This document shows, in pieces, positions 20,917 to 33,600 of a DNA stretch of 64,000 nt. Under the pieces are notes generated by a model that saw only the letters and a list, made by a program, of their open reading frames with translations, made no database searches and was not told the origin of the DNA. A program made the position numbers and the translations under genes. Source of the stretch: an uncultured Clostridia bacterium (GTDB lineage: Bacteria; Bacillota; Clostridia; TANB77; CAG-508); assembly GCA_947631385.1 (NCBI GenBank), contig CANRLE010000001.1, positions 847 through 64,846 of the forward strand, in the 5' to 3' direction. The stretch's first letter is position 1. Each line of letters begins with the position of its first letter.

Positions 20917-22164
20917 ATGAAAAATAAAATTGTAACAATAGTACTAAGTATTGTATTATTTATTGTACCAGTATTAATAACACCAAGCAATTTGTTTATC
21001 TCAAACGGTTTAAGAATACTATTATTAATAATGTGCGGATATATTTTATTTGTTACAATGATAGTAAGAGGAAAAAAACTCAAATTTGACAAACAAGATT
21101 TATGTATCTTAGCTTTTGGTTTACTCGCCATTCTTAGCACTATAAATTCTACAAATATTGGCAAATCACTAGTTGGAGAATACAATAGATTTGAAGGCTT
21201 ATTCACAATAATAACATACATATTAATTTACTACAATGCTAAATATTACTTTAAAAATTACAAACATTTTACAACAATAGGAACAATAATATACATTTCA
21301 ATATGCGTATTTTCCATAGTCCAATTTTTCATTGGAAGTCGCATAAAACTTTCCCCTATTTTTAATAAAGGCGCTAATGGCACTTTTGGAAATACAAATT
21401 TCATGGGAAGTTTTGTCAGCATTATATTACCAATATTTATATTAGGATATATTTTTAGAAATAAAAAAATATATTTAATTGGCTGTATAGTAGGTTTTTG
21501 CTCTATGATTATGTGTATAGCAAGAAGTTCATGGGTAGCATTTATAGTATACATGTCAATAATATTAATATATCTAATTATAAAAAAATATAATTTAAAA
21601 CGCTTCTTTATTGTTGCTAGCACATTTATAATATGTTTTAGCGGAATTTCTTTACTTAACAATAGTAATAAAATAATATTTAGCAAAATTAATACGATTA
21701 AAAGTGAAATTCAAAAAGTTTCAACAGATGGTATAACAGATAAAATGGGCTCAGGAAGAATTAGAATATGGAAAGCTACAATTAAACTAATTTATCAGCT
21801 ACCTATTTTAGGTTGCGGTGTGGATGCATTAAAAGATGGATTAGAAAAATTTTGCCCTGTTGAAAATGAACAATTTATTGAAAGAAGTGGCTCATATATA
21901 GATAAAGCACATAATGAATATTTACAAATAGCTGCGACTATGGGAATTCCAGCATTATTAGTATACCTACTATTTATTAGTAAAACTGAAATTTTTAATA
22001 TTCGTAGAATGTTCAAATTTAAACTATCAGCCATATATAGCATTGTGATTATTAGCTATCTAGTGCAAGCATTTTTTAACATTAGCACAATAGGTGTTGC
22101 ACCAATATTTTGGTTTATACTAGGCTTTTCTTCTAGACATATGAACTGTAATAGAACACAATAA
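20917..22164 (+). CDS. O-antigen ligase / Wzy_C-family polytopic membrane protein.
   Basis: About 10 TM segments and the typical periplasmic loop GSGRIRIW...AHNEYLQIAATMGIPALL. Confidence 0.7.
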   Translation: MKNKIVTIVLSIVLFIVPVLITPSNLFISNGLRILLLIMCGYILFVTMIVRGKKLKFDKQDLCILAFGLLAILSTINSTNIGKSLVGEYNRFEGLFTIITYILIYYNAKYYFKNYKHFTTIGTIIYISICVFSIVQFFIGSRIKLSPIFNKGANGTFGNTNFMGSFVSIILPIFILGYIFRNKKIYLIGCIVGFCSMIMCIARSSWVAFIVYMSIILIYLIIKKYNLKRFFIVASTFIICFSGISLLNNSNKIIFSKINTIKSEIQKVSTDGITDKMGSGRIRIWKATIKLIYQLPILGCGVDALKDGLEKFCPVENEQFIERSGSYIDKAHNEYLQIAATMGIPALLVYLLFISKTEIFNIRRMFKFKLSAIYSIVIISYLVQAFFNISTIGVAPIFWFILGFSSRHMNCNRTQ

Positions 22165-22280
22165 TAGAACTAGATTACTCTTGTATGAAGAAATCTAGTT
22201 CAATAAACAAAAAATAAAATATAAATATATGATTTATTAATGAAATTGTAGCAAAAAAATAACTATAAGTCAATAAAAAA

Positions 22281-23142
22281 TTAAGTTTTTTTAAACCCTA
22301 ACCCAACTACCTCACGAGAATTAGTTATAATTATAAAACTCCTTGGGTCTATTTTTCTTGCTGCTAACTTTATTTTTGAAATATCGCCTCTAGAAGCTGC
22401 ACACATTAAAATTAATTTATTTTGCTGTGTGTACATTCCTTTTCCAAAAAGTCCTGTAGTCCCTCTTCTAATTTTTTCTCCAATTTCTCTTGCTATCTCT
22501 TCATTTTTATCTGATATAATAAGTAACAATTTAGTAAAATAAATTCCTTCAAACAATATATCAATCATTTTCCCCATTAAATAAATATCGATTGCAGAAT
22601 ATAAGCCTATCTCAATCTCTCTAAAAAAGATTACATTTAAAGACACTATTACAAAATCCATTATGATAATTGCTCTACTCATTGTTAATGTCGGCTTATA
22701 TTCCCTTGCAATATAACTAATTAAATCCGTTCCCCCTGTAGATGAGTTTACTTTTAAAATAATAGCTGTTCCGCAAGCCTATAATAATTCCTCCATAAAT
22801 ACAAGCTAAAAATCTGTCATCTGTTAATGGCTCTAATCTATCTAATAAATCAATAAAAACAGATAATGATACTGTTCCTACAATTGATTTTATAAAAAAA
22901 ATTTTACCGATTTTAAAAATAGCCATTAAAAATAAAGGCGTATTTATCAATAATATCATAGTACCCATTGGAATATTTAATAAATAATAAGTTATTGTAG
23001 CAATACCTGATATTCCTCCTGAAGATAACTGATTTGGTAACAAAAACAAAGCAATTCCCATTGCCATAATAAAAGCCCCTACTACTGTTCCAACTAGTTC
23101 GATTACTAGTCTTTTTAAATTATATTTTTCTTTTATATGCAT
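22281..23142 (-). CDS. YitT-family membrane protein (DUF161 N-terminal domain plus DUF2179 C-terminal domain). The frame is interrupted by one extra base at +22773 (GGC-TTG-C-GGA). Skipping the C gives IYGGIIIGLGTAIILKVNSSTGGTDLIS.
   Basis: Two ORFs (22717-23142 and 22281-22682) cover the two halves of a YitT protein. The conserved STGGTD motif is recovered only after the shift. Confidence 0.7.
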
Positions 23143-23192
23143 AAAATCACCTTTATAGCATTATTTGCATATATTGGTGATTTTATACAAAA

Positions 23193-24249
23193 CTATTCCT
23201 CTAAAAAATCATTATATGTTTTTGTAACTTCTATTTTTGATTTTCCTTGTTTAATATTTTCATCTTGTTTTAAAATCAAATCTACATCATATGTATCTTT
23301 TAACTTTAAAATATTTTCCTTTTTATGCCCTATAACATTATTAGCATCAATTGGATTTACTGTTACCTCTACTTCTTTTACTTTTACATTTAATTTCTTA
23401 ATTTTTCCTATAATTGCATCATACCACATAGAAGATTCCACCAATTGACGAAATGCTGGATGATATGGACCTGCTACAACTTCGCTTTCTGGAGTATTTG
23501 GTTCCGTTATTTCATCAGTATTTTGCAATCCAACTCGAATAATTTCAATATTTTTATCAGCAAACATTCTCACTAATTCTTTGCATGTTTCTACAGCTTG
23601 AACTAATGATAATGGTTGATATTTTCCTTCCTTATACTCTTTTTCTAAAGTAGTATTTTTAATAACTAATACAGGATAAATTCTTACCATTTTAGGTTTC
23701 AATTTTATTAATGCTTTAGCTGTATTAATTTCATCAAACTTAGTACTTTCAGGCAATCCTACCATCATTTGATGTCCGTAATTTAAAACCATTCCAACGA
23801 ATCATTTTTGATGCTTTTTTTACATCTGCAAACGTATGACCTCGATTTGTTCTTTTTAAAATATAATCATTTGCAGATTGCACCCCTAACTCTATTGTTT
23901 TTACTTTATATTTCTTTAATCTCTTTAAAATTTCTCTGTTTATCGCATCTGGTCTAGTAGAAACTCGTATTGACTCTACTTTTCCATTTTCAATATACTC
24001 ATAGGCTACTTCTAATAATTCTTCTTGTAACTTTGGCTCTATTGCTGTAAAACTTCCTCCATAAAAAGCAATTTCTATTTGTGCATCCTCTGTTTTTATG
24101 TTTTGCAAAAATTTTTCAATTATGTTTTTTACTTCCTCTTTAGTTAAATTCTTTTTTTGCCCACTAATTGATTTTTGATTACAAAATATGCAATCATTTG
24201 GGCAACCTAAATGTGGTACAAATATAGGTATAATATATTGCTTTTTCAT
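23193..24249 (-). CDS. Radical SAM protein (TIGR01212 / ELP3-like family). The frame is interrupted at +23778 (AAA-TTA-C-GGA). Skipping the C gives WNGFKLGHQMMVGLPEST.
   Basis: CPNDCIFC 4Fe-4S motif at the N-terminus. The C-terminal half is in the +1 frame. Confidence 0.75.
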
Positions 24250-24264
24250 TCATTTGCCTCTTTT

Positions 24265-24933
24265 CTATTTTAATTTTGCTAACGCTTTTTTTGCTGCATC
24301 CATATGTGCTTCTTTTTTGCTTTTTCCTTTTCCCTCAGCTAAAACCTTACCATCACAACTTACTCGTGCCTCAAATTTTTTATTATGATCTGGTCCTTCC
24401 TCTTTTATAATCTCATATTCTATTTTTACATCTCCATGTTCTTGCAGTTTTTCTTGCAGTACAGTCTTGTAATCTCTATCTCCTACATGTTTGGTGGCAA
24501 ATTCAATTTCATCTTTTAGATTTTCAATAATAAACCTTTCTGCTTCTTCTATACCACCATCTAAATAAATTGCTGCAATTATCGCTTCTACACTATCTGC
24601 TAAAATAGCTGGTCTATTTTTTCCGCCCATCTTTTGTTCCGATTTTCCTAAATATAAGAAATCACTAAAATCATGCAATTTTGCTACTTTATATAAACTT
24701 TCTTCACATACTACAGTTGCTCTAACTTTAGTCATTTCTCCTTCTCTTAAATTTGGATAATATTTATATAAATATTGGCTAGAAATGAATTCTAGTATAC
24801 TATCACCCAAAAATTCTAATTTTTCGTTGCTTTCAGTCTTATTTTCATATGCATAAGATGTATGAGTTAATGCTTTTTTTAACAACTCTTTGTTTTTAAA
24901 CTCATATTTTATGCTTTTTTCAACTCTCTCCAA
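24265..24933 (-). CDS. rnc: Ribonuclease III.
   Basis: ERLEFLGDS signature plus a C-terminal dsRBD. Confidence 0.85.
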   Translation of the reverse strand: MERVEKSIKYEFKNKELLKKALTHTSYAYENKTESNEKLEFLGDSILEFISSQYLYKYYPNLREGEMTKVRATVVCEESLYKVAKLHDFSDFLYLGKSEQKMGGKNRPAILADSVEAIIAAIYLDGGIEEAERFIIENLKDEIEFATKHVGDRDYKTVLQEKLQEHGDVKIEYEIIKEEGPDHNKKFEARVSCDGKVLAEGKGKSKKEAHMDAAKKALAKLK

Positions 24934-25035
24934 ATATATTTTACCTCCTTTTTTGACTTATTATATCACAAAGAAGTTTTATTTACAATATTTTAAAGAT
25001 TGAAACTCAAATTAGAAAACAGATAACTATTTAAG

Positions 25036-27432
25036 TTACCTGTTCTCTAAGAACTTACACACAATTACACTCATATCATCTTTTATAGTTCCAAAATTAT
25101 TATCAATTGCTTCATTCAAAACTAAATCCGCAATTTTTTGTGTATTTGTAGTTTCAATATCTTCTAAAATATATTTAATCCATAATTCTTTATTTTTATA
25201 TTCAATATTAGCATCTAGAATGCCATCTGAACACATAAGCATAATATCTCCTGCAACAATATCTCTATCAAAAGTTTGAATATTGTTCTGCTCTAACATT
25301 CCTGTTGGAAGTGAATTAGATTTTATAATCTGCACATTTTTCTTGTTTTTAATATAGGTTGGACATGCACCACTTTTTAGAAATTCAATATTTCCATTGT
25401 ATAAATCAATTATTGCAATATCTAAAGTTGCAAATGTTTCTAAATTTTGATTCATAAGAGATGTGTTTATTAAATTTAATGAGATATTTTTATCAAAACC
25501 AGATAATAAGAGATTTTCTAACATTCGTAAAGTTTGATTACTACTTTTTCTTGCATTATTTCCTGTTCCCATTCCATCACTAAGAGCTAATAAATATTTT
25601 CCGTCCTTTAATCTTATTTTTAATATACTATCACCAGAAAGTTCACTCTTACTCTTTGTTGCTTCTCCTGTTCCCATTGCCATAACATATTTATCATCTG
25701 ATAAGAAACTTAATTTTTTTCCAACACTCGCTTCTTCATTTAAAACAATCTTCTCTGATAATACTTTTGTTGCAATTTTTTCTATTGTTTGTATTTTAGA
25801 TGTTTCCAATATTTCTTCTAAGTAAATTTCTAAAAAATATCTTCCATCTTTTTTTATTGAAATGTCCTGTATTTCAATTTCTTTTTGCTTTAATAATGCT
25901 ATAATCTCTGTTTTTTGTTTATCATATTGTGACTTTTCTTCTAAATCTTTTTCCATTCCTTTTGCCATTTTTTGAATAGCTTCTGAAACACCATTTAACT
26001 GTTTTTCCATATTTTTTTGCTTTTCTTCTACTCGCTTTTCCCAGATGAAATTAGTTTTTGCCACTTTGTATGAAACATTAATCATACGCACCATTTGTGA
26101 AATGTTTTCTTCTAGATATTGGCTAATATCTTTGTCATCAAATCCTACAATATAACTATTACATTTTGCAAATATTTCTAATAATCCATGCCTATCTATC
26201 TCTTGTTTATCTAACAAATATGTAAATAACTCATCAACAATTTTTCCATCTACATCAGCTATATCTTCATATAACATATTATCTTGATATGGTTCTAAGT
26301 TATTTAATAGCTCTGATACAAATATTTGCTTGTTATTATTGATTTCTTTTGTTTCCACTTTTTGATAAGTTGTTGCCATTTCTTGTATTGCTTCTGATAC
26401 ATGATTCAGATTTTCTACTATTTCTTTACTTTGATTTAATGCTCTGTCTGGTGCAACTGGTAGTAACTTAGATTTTCCTATAAATTCTTCTAAATCAATT
26501 GTAAAATTGTTTGGAACTGCTAATAATCCAATCGATGCAACTAATATTTCTTTAAAATGAATTAATTCTATGGTATATCCATTTGAAACATATGCTAACA
26601 CTATATTTCCTAAAGCAAATCCTACTGCTACACCTATTTTTCCAAAACGATTTAAAATTCCTGCTATCATCCCAGAAATTGCATATGCAGCAATCATAAT
26701 TGGTTCAGAACCTGTTATAACACCTAAAGTCACTCCTATTGTAGCACCTGAAGTTGTACCAACTAAAACTCCATTTTTCCATCCTAGTATCATTACTATT
26801 AAAATACTCAAGATATTTCTAATATTAAATCCTAAGATATTAAATTCTCCAAATGCCCCTAATGAAATGGATAATAATAAACTAGCTCCTATTAATTCCT
26901 CTATTGTAAATGCCCTTCTTGTTGTAAAATCTTGCAATACTGTTACAGAATTTACAAATATTTTATAAAAAACTAATCCAATTATTGCAAGTGTTATGCT
27001 AGATAATATGTCATAAATAATAAAGCCAGACATTGCTAATTTTACAAATTGTATAATTATAATTGATAGAAAAACATTTTTACCTATTTTTATTTTTTCG
27101 TTTCGTTCTTTCTCATTATAAAGGGGTTTTAGAATTAATAATGTAACAAATAAAATTAAAGCTGTTAAAAAGTATGCTAACATGCCTCCTGCACCATATT
27201 TTATAGCTGTACCTATTAATGATATAAAGATTACTCCTAGTGCTGGAACAGAAGATGCAAAACATGCTGCTAATATACTAATACTAAAGATTGAAAAGTC
27301 CCCTCCTAATTCAACCATTGATACTAGAAAGGAAACTATATATATAATAATATTTCTTTTTGCAAAAACATTTGAAAAAACATTAAATTTATTTTCTTCT
27401 TTTTCTGCTATATTTTGAAACATCCTTACCAC
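25036..27432 (-). CDS. spoIIE: Stage II sporulation protein E (PP2C phosphatase with about 10 N-terminal TM helices).
   Basis: 798 aa; polytopic N-terminus and a C-terminal PP2C domain (LALSDGMGTGNNA...DD). Confidence 0.85.
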   Translation of the reverse strand: MVRMFQNIAEKEENKFNVFSNVFAKRNIIIYIVSFLVSMVELGGDFSIFSISILAACFASSVPALGVIFISLIGTAIKYGAGGMLAYFLTALILFVTLLILKPLYNEKERNEKIKIGKNVFLSIIIIQFVKLAMSGFIIYDILSSITLAIIGLVFYKIFVNSVTVLQDFTTRRAFTIEELIGASLLLSISLGAFGEFNILGFNIRNILSILIVMILGWKNGVLVGTTSGATIGVTLGVITGSEPIMIAAYAISGMIAGILNRFGKIGVAVGFALGNIVLAYVSNGYTIELIHFKEILVASIGLLAVPNNFTIDLEEFIGKSKLLPVAPDRALNQSKEIVENLNHVSEAIQEMATTYQKVETKEINNNKQIFVSELLNNLEPYQDNMLYEDIADVDGKIVDELFTYLLDKQEIDRHGLLEIFAKCNSYIVGFDDKDISQYLEENISQMVRMINVSYKVAKTNFIWEKRVEEKQKNMEKQLNGVSEAIQKMAKGMEKDLEEKSQYDKQKTEIIALLKQKEIEIQDISIKKDGRYFLEIYLEEILETSKIQTIEKIATKVLSEKIVLNEEASVGKKLSFLSDDKYVMAMGTGEATKSKSELSGDSILKIRLKDGKYLLALSDGMGTGNNARKSSNQTLRMLENLLLSGFDKNISLNLINTSLMNQNLETFATLDIAIIDLYNGNIEFLKSGACPTYIKNKKNVQIIKSNSLPTGMLEQNNIQTFDRDIVAGDIMLMCSDGILDANIEYKNKELWIKYILEDIETTNTQKIADLVLNEAIDNNFGTIKDDMSVIVCKFLENR

Positions 27433-27632
27433 CTCTTTCGATTTTATGGGTATATTTTACTACTTGTCCTTTGTGGTTTTTGTCTTTTTTAGTCACCTAT
27501 TTCAAAAAATTTTCTTTCTTTTTGTGACATATATTTTTTTATTTCTAAAAATTTATCTATTTTGTGATTTTTATTTTATTACAGATTGTCCAAAATTGCA
27601 ATATAAACATGAAAAAATTTAAAATGAAAAAT

Positions 27633-27661
27633 GAGGATTATGGGGCCATCCCCAATTCCTC
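27633..27661. terminator. Copy 1 of a conserved hairpin element, AGGATTATGGGGCCATCCCCAATTCCT, with T-runs on both sides. Terminator of the adhesin operon.
   Basis: 12-bp interrupted stem with a GGGG/CCCC core. A near-identical copy lies at 62483-62509. Confidence 0.65.
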
Positions 27662-27673
27662 ATTTTTCATTTT

Positions 27674-30600
27674 TTATTTCATTACGTATTTCTTGATTAG
27701 AACAATTCCTATCACTGTTATTCCTAATGCTGTTACAGTTAGAATGATGTACATTACAATGTCTGTTGATAATCCTGTTGGTGGTGTAATAATTCCTTGT
27801 TCTGCAGAACTATCATCTACTTCATGTTGTTCTGTTCCTGGTATATAGTTTCCTGGTATTACTGATGTAGAAACTCCAACTCTTAATGATGAACCACCTG
27901 TTTTTTCTATTTCTACAAGTTCAGCTTCATTGTTTACTACCATATCTACATTATTTGTAAGTACTCTTGATGTTACTAAGAATATATCTGTAGTTTGATT
28001 TGGTTCTAACTCTGGATTTTCATTGTGCAAAATAGCAATTCTATCCTTACTATTATTTAATAAGTTGTACAAAGCCTCACTATATTCTAACAAATATTCT
28101 TTATTAGGATCATGAACCTTATTATCAATGTGTTTTAATTTTTCACTTACAGTTTGATAAATATCTATCTTATCAGATTCAGGATCAGGGCTTGTTACTA
28201 TTATCTCATTATTTAAATAGTCGATTATCTTTCTTGCAGTTGCTTTTACAGGATTATTTCTATTAGTTGACGACGTTCCGTGCCAATAGAAATCTACATT
28301 AGCATAGTCTAGTTCACTTATATTTCTTATTTGTAAATCATATGTGATTTCTAGTGTTGAACCTTGTATAATTTCATTATCAATTTCGACTTTAAGTTGT
28401 CCATTTGCTGCATTTGATGCTGGAATATAAGTAACATATTGCACTGGTTTTTCTAATTTGTATCCTTTCAAATTTCCTTGTGCATCTTCATCTTTCACAA
28501 CTTTTGCATCAACTTGTACTTCTCCATTTTCTTTTACTATTCTTAATCTTGAAATTCTCTTGTTTAGTTCTACTGCTTGTCTTGCCCTTTCTGCAATTCC
28601 AAAGTCTACTTTTTCTACATCATATATATGTACAATACCTCTACCTTCTTCAGACTCACGAAAATCAGTTAATTCTATTTCCATCTTCATTTTAGGAGTA
28701 GTAGAAATCATTTTATAATTATCAATTTTGTCTTTTTGAGTTTCTATTTCATATGCCTTTTTATTGTTAATATTTTTCATTTGAGAATCTACTATTCCTC
28801 TTGTATCATAATTATCAAGTGCATCTGAATACCTTTCAGTCTCATTTTTATACCAGTATGAATCTGTTAAATTACGTTGATATCTTTGTACATTATATAC
28901 CGTTCCTTTATAATCTTGTACTGTTATTGTTTCTTCTTTTTCATTTAATGTATATTTATTATTTCCCCACTTATAAGTTAATTCATATTCTCCTGGTATG
29001 TAGCCTCTGATTGTGAAGTTTCCATAATTATTAGTTGTTTCTGTATATGATTTACCCGTTCCAGATATTTCTTTTAATGTAACTTCTACTCCTGCTACTC
29101 CTGATTCCCCATTATCAAGTTGACCATTTCCTTCACGCACTTCTCCTGTCCTTAATGCTAAGTTTCCTGTACTATCTACAAATACTGTTCCACTTAATGT
29201 TCTTTCTCCATTTAATTCTAATTTTAATGATGGACTTGTATCTGTATCATCTTCAAAGTATTGATTTGGACACGAATAGTTTCCTGGATTAGAATTAATA
29301 TCAATTCCACCAAACGTTGTATTATCATTCATATTATTAAATGTTGTATATGAAGCTATTTCTACTATATTGTCGAGATTCTTATTACGTTGATTATTAC
29401 TGTCACCCGCCTCGTTTATTGCTGTGATTATTGCATTCCTATTTAACTTAAATCTTATATACAAGTTTCTCTTTGTTTTTCCTGCATCAATTCTTTGTTC
29501 AGGAATATTTATAGTACATTTACGATAGCCACTGTTTGTGTTTGAATCTACTGCAACATTATTATTATTAATATTACCTGTTATTTGCTTATTTCCATTA
29601 AGTCCAGTTCCTATAGCATCTATTTGATAATTAGCATCAAAATAATCTATAATACTATTTACCTGTGCCGCTACTCCTCCTCTATTCGCTATAGCTATTT
29701 GATAAGTTACATATGCTTCCAATTCGTTATTTTTATTATCATCTTTTATTGGATCTACATAATTTAAATCTGCTTCATAAATTGCTCTATGATATGATCC
29801 TCGATAACTTTCATTTCCAAATAGAATTCCTACATTTGGCCTTTGAGTAAATATATTATTATCAGCGGTATCATTATTTATTAAATCTCGCAATACTTGA
29901 TTATATGTATATACATGTGTTGCACCATTAATTCTTAATTCAATGCAATTTAAGTCTTTTGCGATTGATAAGTCAACTTCTTTTCTTTTTTGAATTCCTA
30001 GATTAATATTTGGTATTACTTCAATTCCATTTTGCCTTATGAAGTCTGCTGTCACAAATTTCGTTAGCCCTTGTGGTGTACCTGCTGGATAACCATTATT
30101 AGTATTTGCACTAATTATATACTGAGCATCTACCCCTGCTACTGGTTTATTAGGATCATTGCCTCCCCATCCAAGTTCATATTTACCACCATAAGTTAAT
30201 GTACTCTGTGTATTAGAAGAGCTATATGTCAAGTCTAATCCACCATTAGATTTACCTCCATTTGCTGCATTCGTTGTTATTGTCCTAAACTTGTTATTGA
30301 ATTGTTGCCTTGCACTACCTTCTGATGCTTTATTTCCGTTTGACGCTATGTCAAACTTGTTTTGTATTATGTCTGCTACTTTTACATTTTCATAACACAT
30401 TCCATTATAATAGAATTCTACATAATAATTAGCTAAATCATCTATTCTTATTGCTTTAAATGAGTATTTTCCTTCTCCAGCATTACCTGTTGTATCAGTT
30501 CTTCTTGTATACTCTTCCTTATCAATACTACCTGGTTTATAATCATTAGGATCAAGATATTTTTCATTACCATTATAACACAATTTTACACTTATTCCGT

Positions 30601-33600
30601 TTAATAGCTTATCTCTATATGCTCCTTCATCAGTATCATATAAACCATTTAAATCGTGTACGCTTTTAATTTCAGGTAATATATCCTCCCAAGCAAATCC
30701 CTCTAAGTTAACAAATGCTCTCGGGTTAGTTACATCATCCGTGATATAGAAATCATTACCTTGTTCTTTATTTCTGATATTTCCTATATATAAATCTACT
30801 TTTACATCTCCATTTGGAGCATCAGGCACTTCATATGGATATACTGTTTTTATTTCCCTTAAATAATATGTTCCTTTTCTTATATAATCAGAGAAAAGTA
30901 GTCCATTTGCATCTGTTTCAAATATATTTCTTCCACTTATGTCCGTAACTTCTCTACTTACATCAATATTACCTGCACCGTCACTTCCATAAAGCTTAAA
31001 TTGTACTCCCTGTATTGGTTTTTGAGTATCTCTATCTATTTTTTTAACTTGCAACTTGAAATATGATTTTTCATTGGTTACAGTTTTTATAACATAATCC
31101 CCAACTGTTACCTTGTCTGCGTATAACTCTATCTTTACGTCGCCATATGGAACTTCCGGTACTTCATATGGAATTTGTGCTCCACCTACTTCTCTTAAAT
31201 AGTATATACCTTGTTTTAAATATCCAGTTACAAAGCCTCCCTTTGCCATATTACCATTTTCATCTGTATAATCCCATGTTGAAAACAAATGCTGTCCTCC
31301 ACTATCATAAATTGGATTGTTTATATCAATATTACCGGCACTATCACTTCCAAAAAGTTCAAATTGTATTCCTTCTATAGGTTTTTGAGTATATTTATCT
31401 ACTTTTTTCACTATCAATTGTAATTTTCGCATATTTTTAATAATTACATAATTATAGTATCTACCACTTACTCTATTAAAATAATATACTTCATATGAAT
31501 ATAAATAACGGTTATGATATTTCATCATTAGAAGATTCATTTCATTCAAATAAGTATATTCATGATTATTATCAGCTATATCATAATACATATTTGACAC
31601 TACTGCTTCTAAAGGTATTCTTTCTTTTATTTCTTCATTATATTTAGATGAATATTCTTGTAATACTTGATAGATCCTTGGATATCTTTCTTGTAACATT
31701 TCAAAAACATTAATATACACATAATTTTGATTTTCATCTGTTTCTTTATCAAATTGCTGCAAACCTTCTATAAAATTGTCATAAACTTTTGGATTATTTT
31801 GATCAAAATGTAATTCTTCCTTTAATTCTTGAATTTTTATTTTCAATTCCCTAATTTCATCTTTTTTAGCAATCCTTTTTGCTTCTAATTCTCCTAATTG
31901 TTTCTGTCTTTCTCCATTAGGATCATATCCAAATTGTAATTTTAATTCTTGTATATTTTTTTCTATATCTTTAAGTTCTTTGTTTAATTTATCCAATTCG
32001 CTAGGAGTTTTGTATAAAATTTTTATTTTTTCAACAACGGTACTATTAGTATCGTCAGGTTCAGCAGAAGATTCGTTATTATTGTTCGTTAACTCTTGTA
32101 TAACTTCATTATTTAAATCATTTTTATACATTTCTATAAATAATTCAATAAATTCCATTATCTTTTCTTGACTATCTCTATCACTATATCTATTATTAAA
32201 TGACTGCAAACAAGATTCATAAGATCGCATTGCGTCCTTGAATTTTTGTTCTTGCTCTGTTACTACATTATTTGATTCTCTTCTTAGCATTGATACAATA
32301 ACACTCTCAAAAGCTCTTGGTAATTCTGTCATTGTTTCTAAATTATAAATAGTTTCTCTATATTGGATATTTTTTTCCATGAAATAAATATCATAATATC
32401 CTTTTATAGTATTTTCTAAAGTACTATATTCTTCTTCTTTTTTCTCTAATTTCCTTTCAAATTGCGTTTTTTTGTTACCTAATACACTAATGTCTAATTC
32501 TTCATACTCTTCATCTATTTTATTTATTGCTTCCTTTAATTCATTTATCTTTTTTTCTTGAGTTTCATATTTTTTCAGTTCTTCCATTTTTAAATCTTTT
32601 TGTCTTTCTAATTCCTCTTTTCTGGTTTCAGTAATATTCGGATATGCTAATTCTTTCTCTATTCTTTCTATATCTGTTTTTATAGTATTTATTGTTTGTT
32701 CATATCTCCTATAGCCATCTAATTCATGTGAATATTGACTTTTTTCTTTCATTAATGAATCAGCCAATTTTTGAATTTCTTCCCTAGACATATTAGATAT
32801 TTCTTCTAGTTTTATAGTAAGTCTATTCACTTCATCTTTCAAATAACGCCACTTTGCATCTTTATTTTTATTTTTGTATTTACTAACATTTTTTATTATC
32901 GTTTCTAAAAATTCTAAAAATTTTGAACTATTTTTTATCTCTTTTGTATTTCTTATTAAATTTTCAATTACTACTTGTTCAAAATCTTCTGGTGGTTCTA
33001 CATTCCATAACTTTCTGTCTCTTCTTACTAATAAATCAAATAAATCTTCATACATAGTATTTTTATCAGTAATGTTATTTTTTAGTATACTTGCGACAGC
33101 AGTTGATTCCCCTACTGTTGAAGGATTTTTAATTACTTCTACATAAGTGTCTAATGAATCAGTTGCCCATTTATTAGTTTCTTGCTCAACTAATCGATAT
33201 GTTCCAAATTCTAAATTGTGGATTTCGATTGCTCCATATGAATCTGTAATAAATTCAGTTGCAGCTTCTTCACTAGCATCATAGATATATTTATTATCTA
33301 CAGCTCTTAAATATCCACTTTCTCCAACTTTTTGTATTTTAAATTTAATCCCTGGTAGAACTTCATTTGTATCTTTATCTATTTTTTGTATGTACAGACG
33401 TCCAAAATTCAATGGATTCGTTATTGGCGATGATAATTCTAACCCCGACACAGCAGGCGAATCACTTATATAAACTCCCTTTTTAACTAAAACCGGTCCG
33501 TTTTCTAATACATAGCCATAATTTTCTTGTCCTCTTCCATTATTAAGTATTTCTACTTCATAAATATCATAATAAGTATTAGGATCTAGATTATATATAA

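Noticed and set aside
22165-22280. The hairpin gaactagat…atctagttc after the O-antigen ligase gene was considered as a terminator.
   Set aside because: It has a long 18-nt loop and no clear T-run on either strand. It may be a weak terminator, but it is not confidently callable.
27433-27632. Spo0A boxes (TGTCGAA) were sought upstream of spoIIE.
   Set aside because: Only weak 5/7 matches (TTTCGAT, TTGTCCAAA) were found. This is insufficient to call.
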